A stretch of 64,000 nt of DNA from Anaerolineae bacterium (GTDB taxonomy: Bacteria > Chloroflexota > Anaerolineae > Aggregatilineales > Phototrophicaceae): the NCBI GenBank assembly GCA_022842885.1, contig JALHOR010000015.1, positions 2,219 through 66,218 of the forward strand. Reading direction: 5' to 3'. This document shows positions 17,101 through 25,949 of this stretch, in pieces (the first letter of the stretch is position 1; every line of letters begins with the position of its first letter). Made by a program: the position numbers and the translations under genes. The notes beneath the pieces are model-generated. The model was not told where the DNA came from. It saw only the letters and a program-made list of their open reading frames with translations, and did not search any database.

Positions 17101-20100
17101 ATGTCACACTGGCAGTTCCAGTCGCGGCATCGGTGAGACCCGTTGTACAGTTGATGCTGGTCAAATTCCAACCGAGTTGCAACGTTTCTGCAATGTTATA
17201 AGTTCCCGGTATCACACTCAGGATTTGGCGATTATTGGTCGTCACAATCTGGCGAATGCGGACATAGTTAATCTTGGTATTGGTACCGCCGATGGCATCC
17301 ACTGTCAGCCGTCCATCGGTTACGGGCAGCGTTTGCGTGGCTTGGCGAGTACGCGCCAGTGTTCCACTCACCCCTGCTTGGGCAAAGGTAATGAAATTCT
17401 GACCTTCGACATTAATCACATGCGTCGAGTTATTGTTGGGCGCTAACACATCGCCCACGCTGACTGTGACTTCGTATAAGCCATTCGGCACAACAATTTC
17501 CCATGCCGCATTCGGGAAAGTATTGTTGAAGGGGAAATACTGCATATGCATGTAAGTATCGAGTTCTTGCGGGATGCCGGGCGAGAAACCACGGTCACGC
17601 CCCAAACTGACCATGTTCGTCGGCACACCCGGTCCACCTGCGGCGATACTGGCTTGTGTCACCCAACCATATTCTAGGCCACCCTGAACCCGATACGACA
17701 ACCCATAATCTAGGGTGTACCCCGCTGGAACAGGATCCGCTTGTGCAGAGAAGTTGATATTGGCGACAAAAGAGGGCGGCAAAATACCGTCATCTACGAT
17801 GTTAAAGTTCTGGGCAAAGCCATTGGGTCCCGTCACGCCGAAGGGGAAAATAGTCGCACCTTCCGGCGTGGCTTCTTTGATAAGAACCAGCGTCGCGGGG
17901 GTCTGTTGGACAAAATGAACATCCAGAACGCCATTGGTACTAAATGCCGGGAAGGTATACAACGGGATAGCACCACGATTCACAGCGTTGCCGCTGCTAT
18001 CGGTGGTCACTACACGGTCAATGCGCCAGCCAACTGCCGGAAGGAAATTAAAGGTGGGTGTTTGCCCCTGCGTGAACGTCAGAACAGCATTCGCTGTAAT
18101 GTCACCACCCGCACTAGCAGGCGGGCGCACAATCCCATTACCGAAAACATTAACCGTCAGGTTATAGACCGGAATGGGTCCCGACAACACTTCTATCACA
18201 TAATCGCTGTTGATGTTGTTGAGGGTGTAGTTAGTAATCGCCCCCAAGCTGTTGCCATTCAAACGAACATCCGTGACGATGAAACCGGGCTGCGGTGTGA
18301 ACGTGAAGGTTTGGTTCGCGCCCGGTGCAACCGTAACCAACGGACCCGCCGGATTGACTGTAACCTGTGCCGCATTATTGATAATCTGAATATCATAATT
18401 GGCAGCCGTCACATTCACGGTCACGGTCACTTGTGCCGGGTCATAGCCCGGTGCCGTTGCCCGCAAAATGCAGGTATGCGGACCCGGTGTTAAACCTGTG
18501 CGATTCACCGTCACTTGAACTGGTAGGTTGCCACCGCCAGATGCCGGAACAGCGCCACTCGGCGGTGTAACGGCTGTAACAAACGGGCAAGCCGAAGTAT
18601 CCAGCGTCGCGGTGGTGGGTAAATTAAATGTTTGTGTCAAATTGACGGGCAATGTTGCCGTTGGGTCTGGTGAGTTTTCGTCAATATTGAAAGTGAGCGT
18701 ATTGGGCGTAAAGACCAAATCCGGTATCACTGCCGTCCCACGCAGCGTTATCGTGCTGGTGGGTCCGTTAGCGCCATCGTGTGTCAACGTCAGCGTGACT
18801 TGATGCACGCCTTCGGTAGTGGGCGCAAAATTCGTAGTCAACGATGTATCGTTAGTCTGAGGTGCAATCACAATTCCGGTTGCACCCAACGGATTCACCG
18901 TAAATTGCCCGGTTGCGCCTGCTGCCGCCACATTGGAAGTCGTGATGTTCGGCGCACCAACCACCCCTAAATTCGTGAGCGTGATATTTTGTGCTGTTGC
19001 CGTTGTTCCAACAATGATTGTGCCAAAATCTACGATAGTCGGATTTACGCCCAAGTTAGCGATCAACAGCGGATTAATCGGCACAATTTCGATGCCTCTA
19101 ACAGTGGGGTTATTAAATGCACCGTGGGCAAAATCTACCAAGATATTACCGCCGGCTCCAACCGTTACCGGGAAATCACGACGGATAGCGTTCCGTCCGT
19201 TGCCCGTTTGCGCCAATGCGGCGGCAAAGGTATCGAAATTGGTCAGAACCCGTGTGCCAGCAATATCCACATGGAACTGGCGTGCGCCTGCTGCCGTAAA
19301 GTTGTTCTCGGCAAAGAAGAGGCGGACTTCATACTGCTGCCCCGGCGTTAAACCGGTGAAGTTATACTGCATCCGGGTGGCATTATTAGTACCGTCAAAA
19401 CGCGCCGTGCCAAACAATGCCGTTGGCGCGTTGGTGGCATTTGTGCCAGTAAAACCAGACGTACTAATGGTCATATTGTTGACCAAGAACGGATAAGCAC
19501 CCGCTACACCCGGAGCCAATTGGTCACGGCTCCATACCACACCGCCATCGGCAGCTGCCAATTGCGGACCACCTACATTGACCCGATAAGTCGCCGGACC
19601 GTAAGTGATATTCGACACCACCAACGCCGTATCGCTTGCCGTCACCAGACTACCACCATTCAATGTGCCCGTAACCGTCGCTATATTGGTGAAGGTACCG
19701 GGGATATTTGCTAGAGCGCAGTTGTAGGTGGTGGTTGCGCCGGGTGCCATCGCCCCAATATTACGATTACAGGCGGGCGCTAACGGGTCAGCGACTGTGA
19801 CATTCGCCAACGGAATAACGCCGCTATTGGTCACAGTAACAGTGAAATTGGCAGTTGCACCGGGATTCAGCGTTTGGGTATCCGGCGTTTTATTGATGGT
19901 CAGTGCCGCATTCACCAACACCACATTGGCAGTATCAAAATCGGTGGGGGCAATCCCCGTCGCGGGTGTTCCGGTCACATTCGCTGTATTAGTCAGGTTG
20001 CCCGTGATAGGCTCTGATGTGCAGGTATAGGTTTGCACCGCTGTGGATGCCATCGTCCCCAAATTGCGGTCACAGCCGGGCGCTAACGGGTCGGTCACGG

Positions 20101-23100
20101 TCACATTGTTCAGCGGAACATTGCCGATATTGGTAACAGTCATTGTAAAAGTAACTGTTCCGCCCAGTGCGGCATCTTGGGTATCGGGTGTCTTTTGAAT
20201 ATCAATCACTGGACCCGTGATTTGCTGGTTATTGAACGTGCAAACAATATTCTGGGCGCTGGCAAGCGTTAGCCGGACACCATTGGTAATATTGGTGACG
20301 CCCGTATCACATACGATATTGCTCAAATTCCAGCCAATCGGAATCGCTGTTTCGGTAATATCGTAAGTGCCGGGCAGCACATAATTGAAGATGCGCGTAT
20401 TGCCGGGAATAGTAGGACCACCGACGATACGAATGAAGTTAAGTTTGGTATTGGTACCGCCAATGGCATCCACCACGATGCGCCCAGTGGTAACATTTAA
20501 GGTGATCGTTGTCGTGCGATGCCGTTCAGCCGCGCCATTGGGAAAACCGGGGGGCGGTATAAAATTGTTAATGAAATTTACACCATTAACATTGATGCGA
20601 TGCGTGCTGTTGATATTGTCAGCATCGCCGACTGCCACGGTGATTTGGTACGAACCGTTGGGAACATTCATTATCCACGCCCGCGCTCCGGGGTCGGCGG
20701 CAGTTCCCTGAACATGATTGAATGAGTTGTATTCGGGTCCTAAAACACTGGTAGTACGATTACGAGCATTGTTATTGACCGAAGGCGCTGGATTAGCATC
20801 ATTGCGCGTAGCTTCCGTGACCCAGCCGAAACCACGAGCCGGAGTATAAGCCGCGCCAGTATCCGCCACATTAAAGGTTGCCGGGGCGGTGCTGCTCGTT
20901 CCAAAGTTGACATGCGTCTGAATCTGCGGACCTGTGCCAGTGCCGTTATCTGCGAGCGTGAAATTATTCAAGCCGCCTGTCACCGCAAAATTAAAGACTG
21001 TATTGCTTTCGGGTGTGGCTTCTTTGACGATGGTAATCGTACCGGGCTGATTCGCCGGGTCAATCACGCCGCTGGTAACGGTTGCGGTGCGCGTTACACC
21101 ACTGCTGACCGCATTAACGGTATTCACTTTTTCGCCCGCTGTTGTGGGTGCAACGGTAATGGTGATGGTCGCGGTTTGCTGCCCTAACACATTGCCCAAA
21201 TTGCATGTGATGGTGCCAGCAGCAAATGTGCATGTCCCTTGCGAAGGTGTCGCCGATACGAAATTCAATCCGGCAGGCAGCACATCCGTCACCACCATGT
21301 TGGGTGCTTGGAAAATCAAATTATTGGTAACACTTACGGTATAGCTGTAATTGGATCCCAGTGGCACACTCGGATTGCTCACGGTTTTGCTTAGTGTGAA
21401 ATCGGGTGGTGGCACTACAGCAGGTTCGATACCGGTAATCAAAAACACATGGTCTTGATAATCGCAGTTACCGCCACCACCAATGCCAGCCCCGCAGCCC
21501 GGTGCAACAAAATCTTGGATAGCCACATACGTATTCGGAACAACTTGCCCAGAGGGTGTGCGGAAGGGCCACAAGCGGAACCCATGCTGCGTACAATTGG
21601 TCACGCCTTCGCAGCGATTGGTATTGTAACCAGCGGCAGTAATCGAATAGGTGCCAGTTGCCGGCACAAATAAAACTTCAGTCGGGGCAGTTCCCGAACC
21701 CGTAAACGGCAGTAGGGTTTGGCAGTAATTAGGATTGTAGGCAGGGGTAGCGCCACCCGGACCACCACCGACCCGGTTAAACCGCAAAGAGGTATTGCTT
21801 GGGCAACCTTGATACGCCGCCAAGAAACGCCCATAAATTGGACCCGTTGGACGCCAATAATACGATAGAACTTCTTCCCCTTGGGGCGTATATGCCGAGT
21901 TCATGTTGGCAGGAATATTGGATGTGATACCGAAAGCATGTTGAATAATTTGCAAATAGGTTGGCTCTGTATTACCGCCCGAATTGCGCTGTCCCAATGA
22001 CCGTAACTGCACTGTCTGAACAGGATTCGTCGGGTCACTAGATGGAATAGTCAAGGTGCCACTGCTGGCAGAAATACCGCGATCTGGACCGGCTGTGGGG
22101 GGCAACAACGTAATCGATTCCACATAGCGCACGCGCAAATCATAAAAACCGCCGGGGGTAATCGTCGTCGTCCAACCCGCCGCATCTTCGTTATTCACCA
22201 AATCAAACCGTAAAGTATCGCTCACAGTCATGCGTGTCAGCACCAGCGGCGTGCCACCGTCGTTATGAATACGCAGGGTAATGTCTGTATGGCTATTAAT
22301 AGCACCATTATGAACTTTGCTGAACGATAACCAAGTATTGAGATAATTTAACTGCGGAATGCCCATTAAATTCAGCGTTGACCAATCGCGGTTTTCAAAC
22401 CGGATGCGCCCTTGACCTGCGGGGGTCGCCAAGCGCACATTCCGGGCGATAAAGACCACATCATTATAATCTTGCCCAGTTGTGGCTTCATCATAAGCGA
22501 TGATATATGCATTCGGTTCTAGCACACCGTTAGCATCTGTATACGGATAAATGCGAGCATGATGGGGATATGCACCAGCAAACACATTAAGCGCATCTTC
22601 TGTGCTGGTCACGCGCCCTGCCCATGTTGGGTGATCCCATTTGGCATAAATGCCAAATTTGGCAGTACCGGGGTCAAAACTGGTTGCACCACCTGTTCCG
22701 GGATTCAAAGTTGAAGAACTGCCCGCCGCAATCGTCATCACCGGATTGAGCGTAGTGTTGCCTGTCGGATGCCAACCAATCGTAGTGACTGGAGTATGAT
22801 TCAAGGCAAAGGCAGCTAGTGGTTGCAGCGTTACCGGTCCGGGACCGGCTTTTTCAAACGATTGAATGCGAATTTCATCCGGACCCAACTGCCCGCTAGT
22901 GGCTAATGCCACCGAACTGTGAATCGGGTTGGTCACGGGGTCATCATCACCCGTGGTAATCGGCAGTCCATATGCATCAAAAATGAATTGTAACGAGGGT
23001 TCGGCTGCGCCCCCCCCCGGCGGCTTCCCAATACCCCGCAATTGCAAAATCGTCTGCGGTGTATCGGGGTCATTGCTGTTAATCGTCAAAGTCCCAGATG

Positions 23101-25300
23101 AAACACCAATGGTCGGGTTGGTAAAGGTAGATGTGTAACGCACATTAATGGTAGCGGTCGTACCGGCAGCAACACTCGCCGGGCAAGCTGCCGCCAAGCT
23201 GAAAGGCGCAGCAATCACACAGTTAATCGTCAGAGGACCTGTACCATTATTGGTAATTTGCACCGCCCGATTTGGACCAACACCACCGCCATTATCGTCC
23301 AACATAGGGACAACCATCGGCGTAACGGCAATATCCGGTGTCGCCGGACCTTGGTCGAGTAGCACCGGCATATCGCCACCGATGCCGTCTAGTCGCGTGG
23401 TAAAGCCACCGGGCAGTTTCATCATGCCCGTATTGCCTGCCGGGCGTTGCCTAGAACCCACCGGGTTAGAACCGGTGCTGGTCTCCGCCACTTTGGAAGC
23501 ATCCAACGGGCGCAGCAGCATAATCGTGCCGGGGGCATATTCGGCAACATAGAGGTTGCCATTGCGGGTATCTTCAATTAAGTCTAGCGGGTCACGCAGC
23601 CCCACAAAACCGGGAATGCCTTCAATCACTTCGGCAATCGTGCCATCTTCGCCGGGCTTCAGCACGATAATGTCATCCATCAAACTGTAGCGCACGACCA
23701 ACAATCCGCCGAGCAATTTGCTATCAAACACATCGGTTTGATATTCGATGATACCATTCGCGGATTTGTTCAAACCAAAATCATAAGCATTCGCACCGCG
23801 CCAATTGCGGTCTGGTTGCAACCCCACTGGGTAATGGTCGCCTGTTTGACCGGGGTCGGGGCGGTCAGTCGGATTGCCGCCATTCAACACCCATTCGCAC
23901 CGTGCGGGGTTCGGTTGCCCATAATAACCACCCGCTTCAATCAAAAACAGCCAATCATTTTGCGCCGGGGGTTTCACATTCGGGGTAGTCGGTGCTGTGT
24001 AAACACCATTCGTCGCCGCATCAATCCGCTGTTCGCAAGCAACAGGCAGCGGATTAGGGGTTTCGGGGGTTCTGCCGCCGCCCGCCGTGCCATTCACAGG
24101 TGAGTATAAGATGCCGTTGCTGTGCCAAACCAGATCATAGGCATTCCGTAGTCCGGTTGCATACAATTTAACGGGTGCATCCGGCAGCAGCGGATTGTAA
24201 TAAATTTCAGGGTCATCCAAATCGGTATTGGTCTGGGAAAGTTTGGCATCGCCCAAGCCAAAATTGCGATTCACCAGAACTTTGCCATCTTCGCCGACAT
24301 CGCCTGTCGTCACATCCAGCGGTTTGCCATTGGCTTCAACATACGCCAACAGCAGTGCCGGGTCAATTTGCAATATGGAGCCGCTTAACATGGTTTCCAC
24401 TTGGTTGCCCCAACCGGGGTCAGGCGAACCTGCACCGCTGATGCTGCCTTGCGTGACATACATCATGCCATCTGTACCAAACTCAATGCTGTTGGTCAGG
24501 TGGTCACGGATAGAACGTGGCAGCCCCACAATATAATCGGTACGTGTCCATGTTTCACCGCCATCGGTGCTATCAATGCGGCTAATTTCGCTAGAAAAGT
24601 TGGGAGCATCCACCAAACCCGCAAAGTTGCTCGTCACCCATAGCAGCATATTATCGGGTGTCGAAGCCGGGTCGAATTTTAAGCCAATCAAGACGCGCTG
24701 TTCAAACAACGGGAAAACCCGTTCATCGCTCAATTTGCCATCATCATTGACCTGCCAGCTAAAAACTTGCCCGGCATGGTTGACAGCATACAGACGATTA
24801 TCAGGACCGAATGTTAAACCTGTGTATCCATTTTCGGCAGTTGCACCCGCATCCATCTGTTCAAATTCAATGCCCTGCACGGGTTCACCATCAGGCGTTG
24901 CGCCCGTAGTGAAAGTCAGGGTAAAAGGTTTGAGCGCGTTGCCCTTTTTATCTTTGACATTTTCGGTGAGCGTCAGTGTATATTGAGTATTCGGCACCAA
25001 TGCTGCCAACGGCTGTACGCTAATGCTATCGCGTCCATACGCAGTAATAGATGCGGCGACGGCTGTTTGCACTTCCGACTGTTGGAGTGTTAGGGTGGTG
25101 GAATTGAGCGTATTTATATCAATCCCGGCACCATCTTCGGGTAGCTTTAAGGTAATCGCCACGCCGGTGTAGATGCTGACATCTACTGCATTATTTGCGG
25201 GGACAATATCAATCACCTCAACCCGCGGTGTTTCCGTACAAGCGGTGAGCAGCGCCAACAACAGCGCAACAACACCCAAACTGAACAATTGACGCTTCAT
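14180..25300 (-). CDS. Giant (3706 aa) multidomain cell-surface protein with a lipoprotein signal peptide and an LPXTG sortase signal
   Basis: Likely start is the ATG at 25300 (GGAGGG upstream). MKRQLFSLGVVALLLALLTAC contains a lipobox. C-terminus is LPRTG (14291-14305), a TM helix and RRRHYR. Domains seen by eye: Big_5-like Ig; PQQ-type sugar-dehydrogenase-like propeller (GLRNAYDLVWHSNG, NGNLYVAEY); DUF4114-like modules (DYNDVVF / DYQDHVF); DUF11-type repeats; a malectin-like domain (YRVNVGG..ARFDG..YEVRLFFAE); InlB-B-repeat-like units; about 8 cadherin-like units (DNVDNG..DGSFTYTPNAGF.GTDTF). Confidence 0.9.
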   Translation of the reverse strand: MKRQLFSLGVVALLLALLTACTETPRVEVIDIVPANNAVDVSIYTGVAITLKLPEDGAGIDINTLNSTTLTLQQSEVQTAVAASITAYGRDSISVQPLAALVPNTQYTLTLTENVKDKKGNALKPFTLTFTTGATPDGEPVQGIEFEQMDAGATAENGYTGLTFGPDNRLYAVNHAGQVFSWQVNDDGKLSDERVFPLFEQRVLIGLKFDPASTPDNMLLWVTSNFAGLVDAPNFSSEISRIDSTDGGETWTRTDYIVGLPRSIRDHLTNSIEFGTDGMMYVTQGSISGAGSPDPGWGNQVETMLSGSILQIDPALLLAYVEANGKPLDVTTGDVGEDGKVLVNRNFGLGDAKLSQTNTDLDDPEIYYNPLLPDAPVKLYATGLRNAYDLVWHSNGILYSPVNGTAGGGRTPETPNPLPVACEQRIDAATNGVYTAPTTPNVKPPAQNDWLFLIEAGGYYGQPNPARCEWVLNGGNPTDRPDPGQTGDHYPVGLQPDRNWRGANAYDFGLNKSANGIIEYQTDVFDSKLLGGLLVVRYSLMDDIIVLKPGEDGTIAEVIEGIPGFVGLRDPLDLIEDTRNGNLYVAEYAPGTIMLLRPLDASKVAETSTGSNPVGSRQRPAGNTGMMKLPGGFTTRLDGIGGDMPVLLDQGPATPDIAVTPMVVPMLDDNGGGVGPNRAVQITNNGTGPLTINCVIAAPFSLAAACPASVAAGTTATINVRYTSTFTNPTIGVSSGTLTINSNDPDTPQTILQLRGIGKPPGGGAAEPSLQFIFDAYGLPITTGDDDPVTNPIHSSVALATSGQLGPDEIRIQSFEKAGPGPVTLQPLAAFALNHTPVTTIGWHPTGNTTLNPVMTIAAGSSSTLNPGTGGATSFDPGTAKFGIYAKWDHPTWAGRVTSTEDALNVFAGAYPHHARIYPYTDANGVLEPNAYIIAYDEATTGQDYNDVVFIARNVRLATPAGQGRIRFENRDWSTLNLMGIPQLNYLNTWLSFSKVHNGAINSHTDITLRIHNDGGTPLVLTRMTVSDTLRFDLVNNEDAAGWTTTITPGGFYDLRVRYVESITLLPPTAGPDRGISASSGTLTIPSSDPTNPVQTVQLRSLGQRNSGGNTEPTYLQIIQHAFGITSNIPANMNSAYTPQGEEVLSYYWRPTGPIYGRFLAAYQGCPSNTSLRFNRVGGGPGGATPAYNPNYCQTLLPFTGSGTAPTEVLFVPATGTYSITAAGYNTNRCEGVTNCTQHGFRLWPFRTPSGQVVPNTYVAIQDFVAPGCGAGIGGGGNCDYQDHVFLITGIEPAVVPPPDFTLSKTVSNPSVPLGSNYSYTVSVTNNLIFQAPNMVVTDVLPAGLNFVSATPSQGTCTFAAGTITCNLGNVLGQQTATITITVAPTTAGEKVNTVNAVSSGVTRTATVTSGVIDPANQPGTITIVKEATPESNTVFNFAVTGGLNNFTLADNGTGTGPQIQTHVNFGTSSTAPATFNVADTGAAYTPARGFGWVTEATRNDANPAPSVNNNARNRTTSVLGPEYNSFNHVQGTAADPGARAWIMNVPNGSYQITVAVGDADNINSTHRINVNGVNFINNFIPPPGFPNGAAERHRTTTITLNVTTGRIVVDAIGGTNTKLNFIRIVGGPTIPGNTRIFNYVLPGTYDITETAIPIGWNLSNIVCDTGVTNITNGVRLTLASAQNIVCTFNNQQITGPVIDIQKTPDTQDAALGGTVTFTMTVTNIGNVPLNNVTVTDPLAPGCDRNLGTMASTAVQTYTCTSEPITGNLTNTANVTGTPATGIAPTDFDTANVVLVNAALTINKTPDTQTLNPGATANFTVTVTNSGVIPLANVTVADPLAPACNRNIGAMAPGATTTYNCALANIPGTFTNIATVTGTLNGGSLVTASDTALVVSNITYGPATYRVNVGGPQLAAADGGVVWSRDQLAPGVAGAYPFLVNNMTISTSGFTGTNATNAPTALFGTARFDGTNNATRMQYNFTGLTPGQQYEVRLFFAENNFTAAGARQFHVDIAGTRVLTNFDTFAAALAQTGNGRNAIRRDFPVTVGAGGNILVDFAHGAFNNPTVRGIEIVPINPLLIANLGVNPTIVDFGTIIVGTTATAQNITLTNLGVVGAPNITTSNVAAAGATGQFTVNPLGATGIVIAPQTNDTSLTTNFAPTTEGVHQVTLTLTHDGANGPTSTITLRGTAVIPDLVFTPNTLTFNIDENSPDPTATLPVNLTQTFNLPTTATLDTSACPFVTAVTPPSGAVPASGGGNLPVQVTVNRTGLTPGPHTCILRATAPGYDPAQVTVTVNVTAANYDIQIINNAAQVTVNPAGPLVTVAPGANQTFTFTPQPGFIVTDVRLNGNSLGAITNYTLNNINSDYVIEVLSGPIPVYNLTVNVFGNGIVRPPASAGGDITANAVLTFTQGQTPTFNFLPAVGWRIDRVVTTDSSGNAVNRGAIPLYTFPAFSTNGVLDVHFVQQTPATLVLIKEATPEGATIFPFGVTGPNGFAQNFNIVDDGILPPSFVANINFSAQADPVPAGYTLDYGLSYRVQGGLEYGWVTQASIAAGGPGVPTNMVSLGRDRGFSPGIPQELDTYMHMQYFPFNNTFPNAAWEIVVPNGLYEVTVSVGDVLAPNNNSTHVINVEGQNFITFAQAGVSGTLARTRQATQTLPVTDGRLTVDAIGGTNTKINYVRIRQIVTTNNRQILSVIPGTYNIAETLQLGWNLTSINCTTGLTDAATGTASVTLAEGATATCTFNNAAVPVDAVNDTYLIAEGSLANIPVAQGVLLNDFPATGMTATVATPPIGVTGFALNANGSFTFQHTAGSTTPVTFTYTATDSVNNDVATVTVNILAAVNDTYAVISGQTLLTAAPGYLANDVFPVGATVALVDNVDNGTLVFNADGSFSYTPNAGFLGADTFQYNVTSGGVTDVATVTINVNPPVVVANDDIYTTNEDTVLNVPAPGILGNDTVPVGGVTITIMDNVDNGILVMNPNGSFTYTPNANFNGTDTFVYQLDDGATNLDTAIVTITVTPVNDAPVAVADAFVITQATILSVAAPGILANDTDVDNAIITVVAPTGHSGNPAWLGVNPDGSLFFAPDATFAGVYTFNYTVTDGTATSAPATVTITVNPLSSVAATNDAYNVNQGQTLLTAAPGILANDIYPVAGVTVNVTDNVDNGILTTANDGSFTYTPNAGFSGTDTFTYQIVNGADVAIAIVTITVNPLPAPVAVNDVAVVAAGATVGVNVTANDTFAPGAVAVTIVTAPAEGTAVVNGQNIDYTAPAVPTLGSVTLTYTIRDITTNVSNVATVTIVQNINAPSLFVSVTPNTQTVGTGQPVTFNLSIRNNGNTNLTGISFAITNSAGLPETCIIPAFDLAIGAQQTFTCTDAVAPATDYTRTFTASDGAGAVVAAATVQVLIGGNLPPIAADDVAQTNKNQAIEVPVVLNDFDPENALNPGSVIHITEPINGFIASINPVTGTMRVQPGTDFVGTLSFIYTICDLSGLCDTATVTVTVVDAPPGNVANPAQIGPDGQPLPPGAQVAGSVTVNPQISVFDPGLSKIGLLLPGQLGVNGEQIEWVIVARNIGTIVGTNVIVTDNLRSELRVDRAITSKGTASVSGQTVTFSLGDLAPGEAVQMSIFTTVLRGGVEVNNTATIVADNIPGGQARSVTARVVTTLPRTGESPWSGVRLLLLAAFGAVVMTISVVAFRVIRRRHYR

Positions 25301-25871
25301 ATATCCCTCCGACGGGACTTGATAACCAGAGCGTGAAGGCTTCATCAACATAAAACCATAATACACCCTATGCGGACTGCCGATAGGATGTTTCAGTAGC
25401 ACATTATTTATCGTAGAAACGATTTTATCAAAACACCAAAGACGGTTCATACCAGCCCCACACTTGCCGGTAAAAGATAAGTCTATTTAGCTTTTATACC
25501 CGCTTATAGTATCCACCCATTTTGCTTACCGTTTCACAAAATTAACTTAACGGTATCATTATTTTAAAGTTGAAATACAATGAATTTTACACCCAATTTG
25601 TTGTTATTTTGTGTAGATTTGGTGCGTTAATTGATTTATATTAAATATCCTTACAAAACCCCTAACATTTTAGGTTGAGTAGTGGCAAAACTTGCAAAAT
25701 TTTGTTAGTGAAACCCATTTTTAACCTTGCAAATCTACTACTCGTCCGTTTTTTCCTTACAAATCCATAACAATGTCAGGGTGTTTTAATATGTCGCAAT
25801 TTGTATCAATTTCTTTATGTGGTTGCAAGAGCGAGATAACCAGTTTTTATATTTCTTAACAACATCCTTCT

Positions 25872-25911
25872 AAAAACAAAATTGGGATAGTGATGCTCGT
25901 CTATCCCAATT
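25872..25911 (-). terminator. Intrinsic terminator after the 1077-aa regulator gene
   Basis: On the reverse strand: AATTGGGATAG-10 nt-CTATCCCAATT followed by TTGTTTTTAG, about 40 nt after the stop. Confidence 0.65.
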
Positions 25912-25949
25912 GGTTATCTATTAAGGCTGTGTTTGTTATGCAAGGTGTA

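Noticed and set aside
14202-24986. Many long + strand ORFs inside the giant gene (for example 15395-16057, 17741-18493, 18933-19496, 23148-23552)
   Set aside because: They are antisense shadows of a Thr/Val/Asn/Gly-rich repeat protein. Their translations are low-complexity (Arg/His/Ile/Cys-rich) with no motifs. The minus-strand frame is continuous, with recognisable domains from signal peptide to LPXTG.
25301-25450. 50-codon N-terminal extension of the giant ORF in the track
   Set aside because: The signal peptide with its lipobox begins at the Met at 25300, which has GGAGGG upstream. The extension (MNRLWCFDKIV...) has no export signal and would bury the signal peptide.
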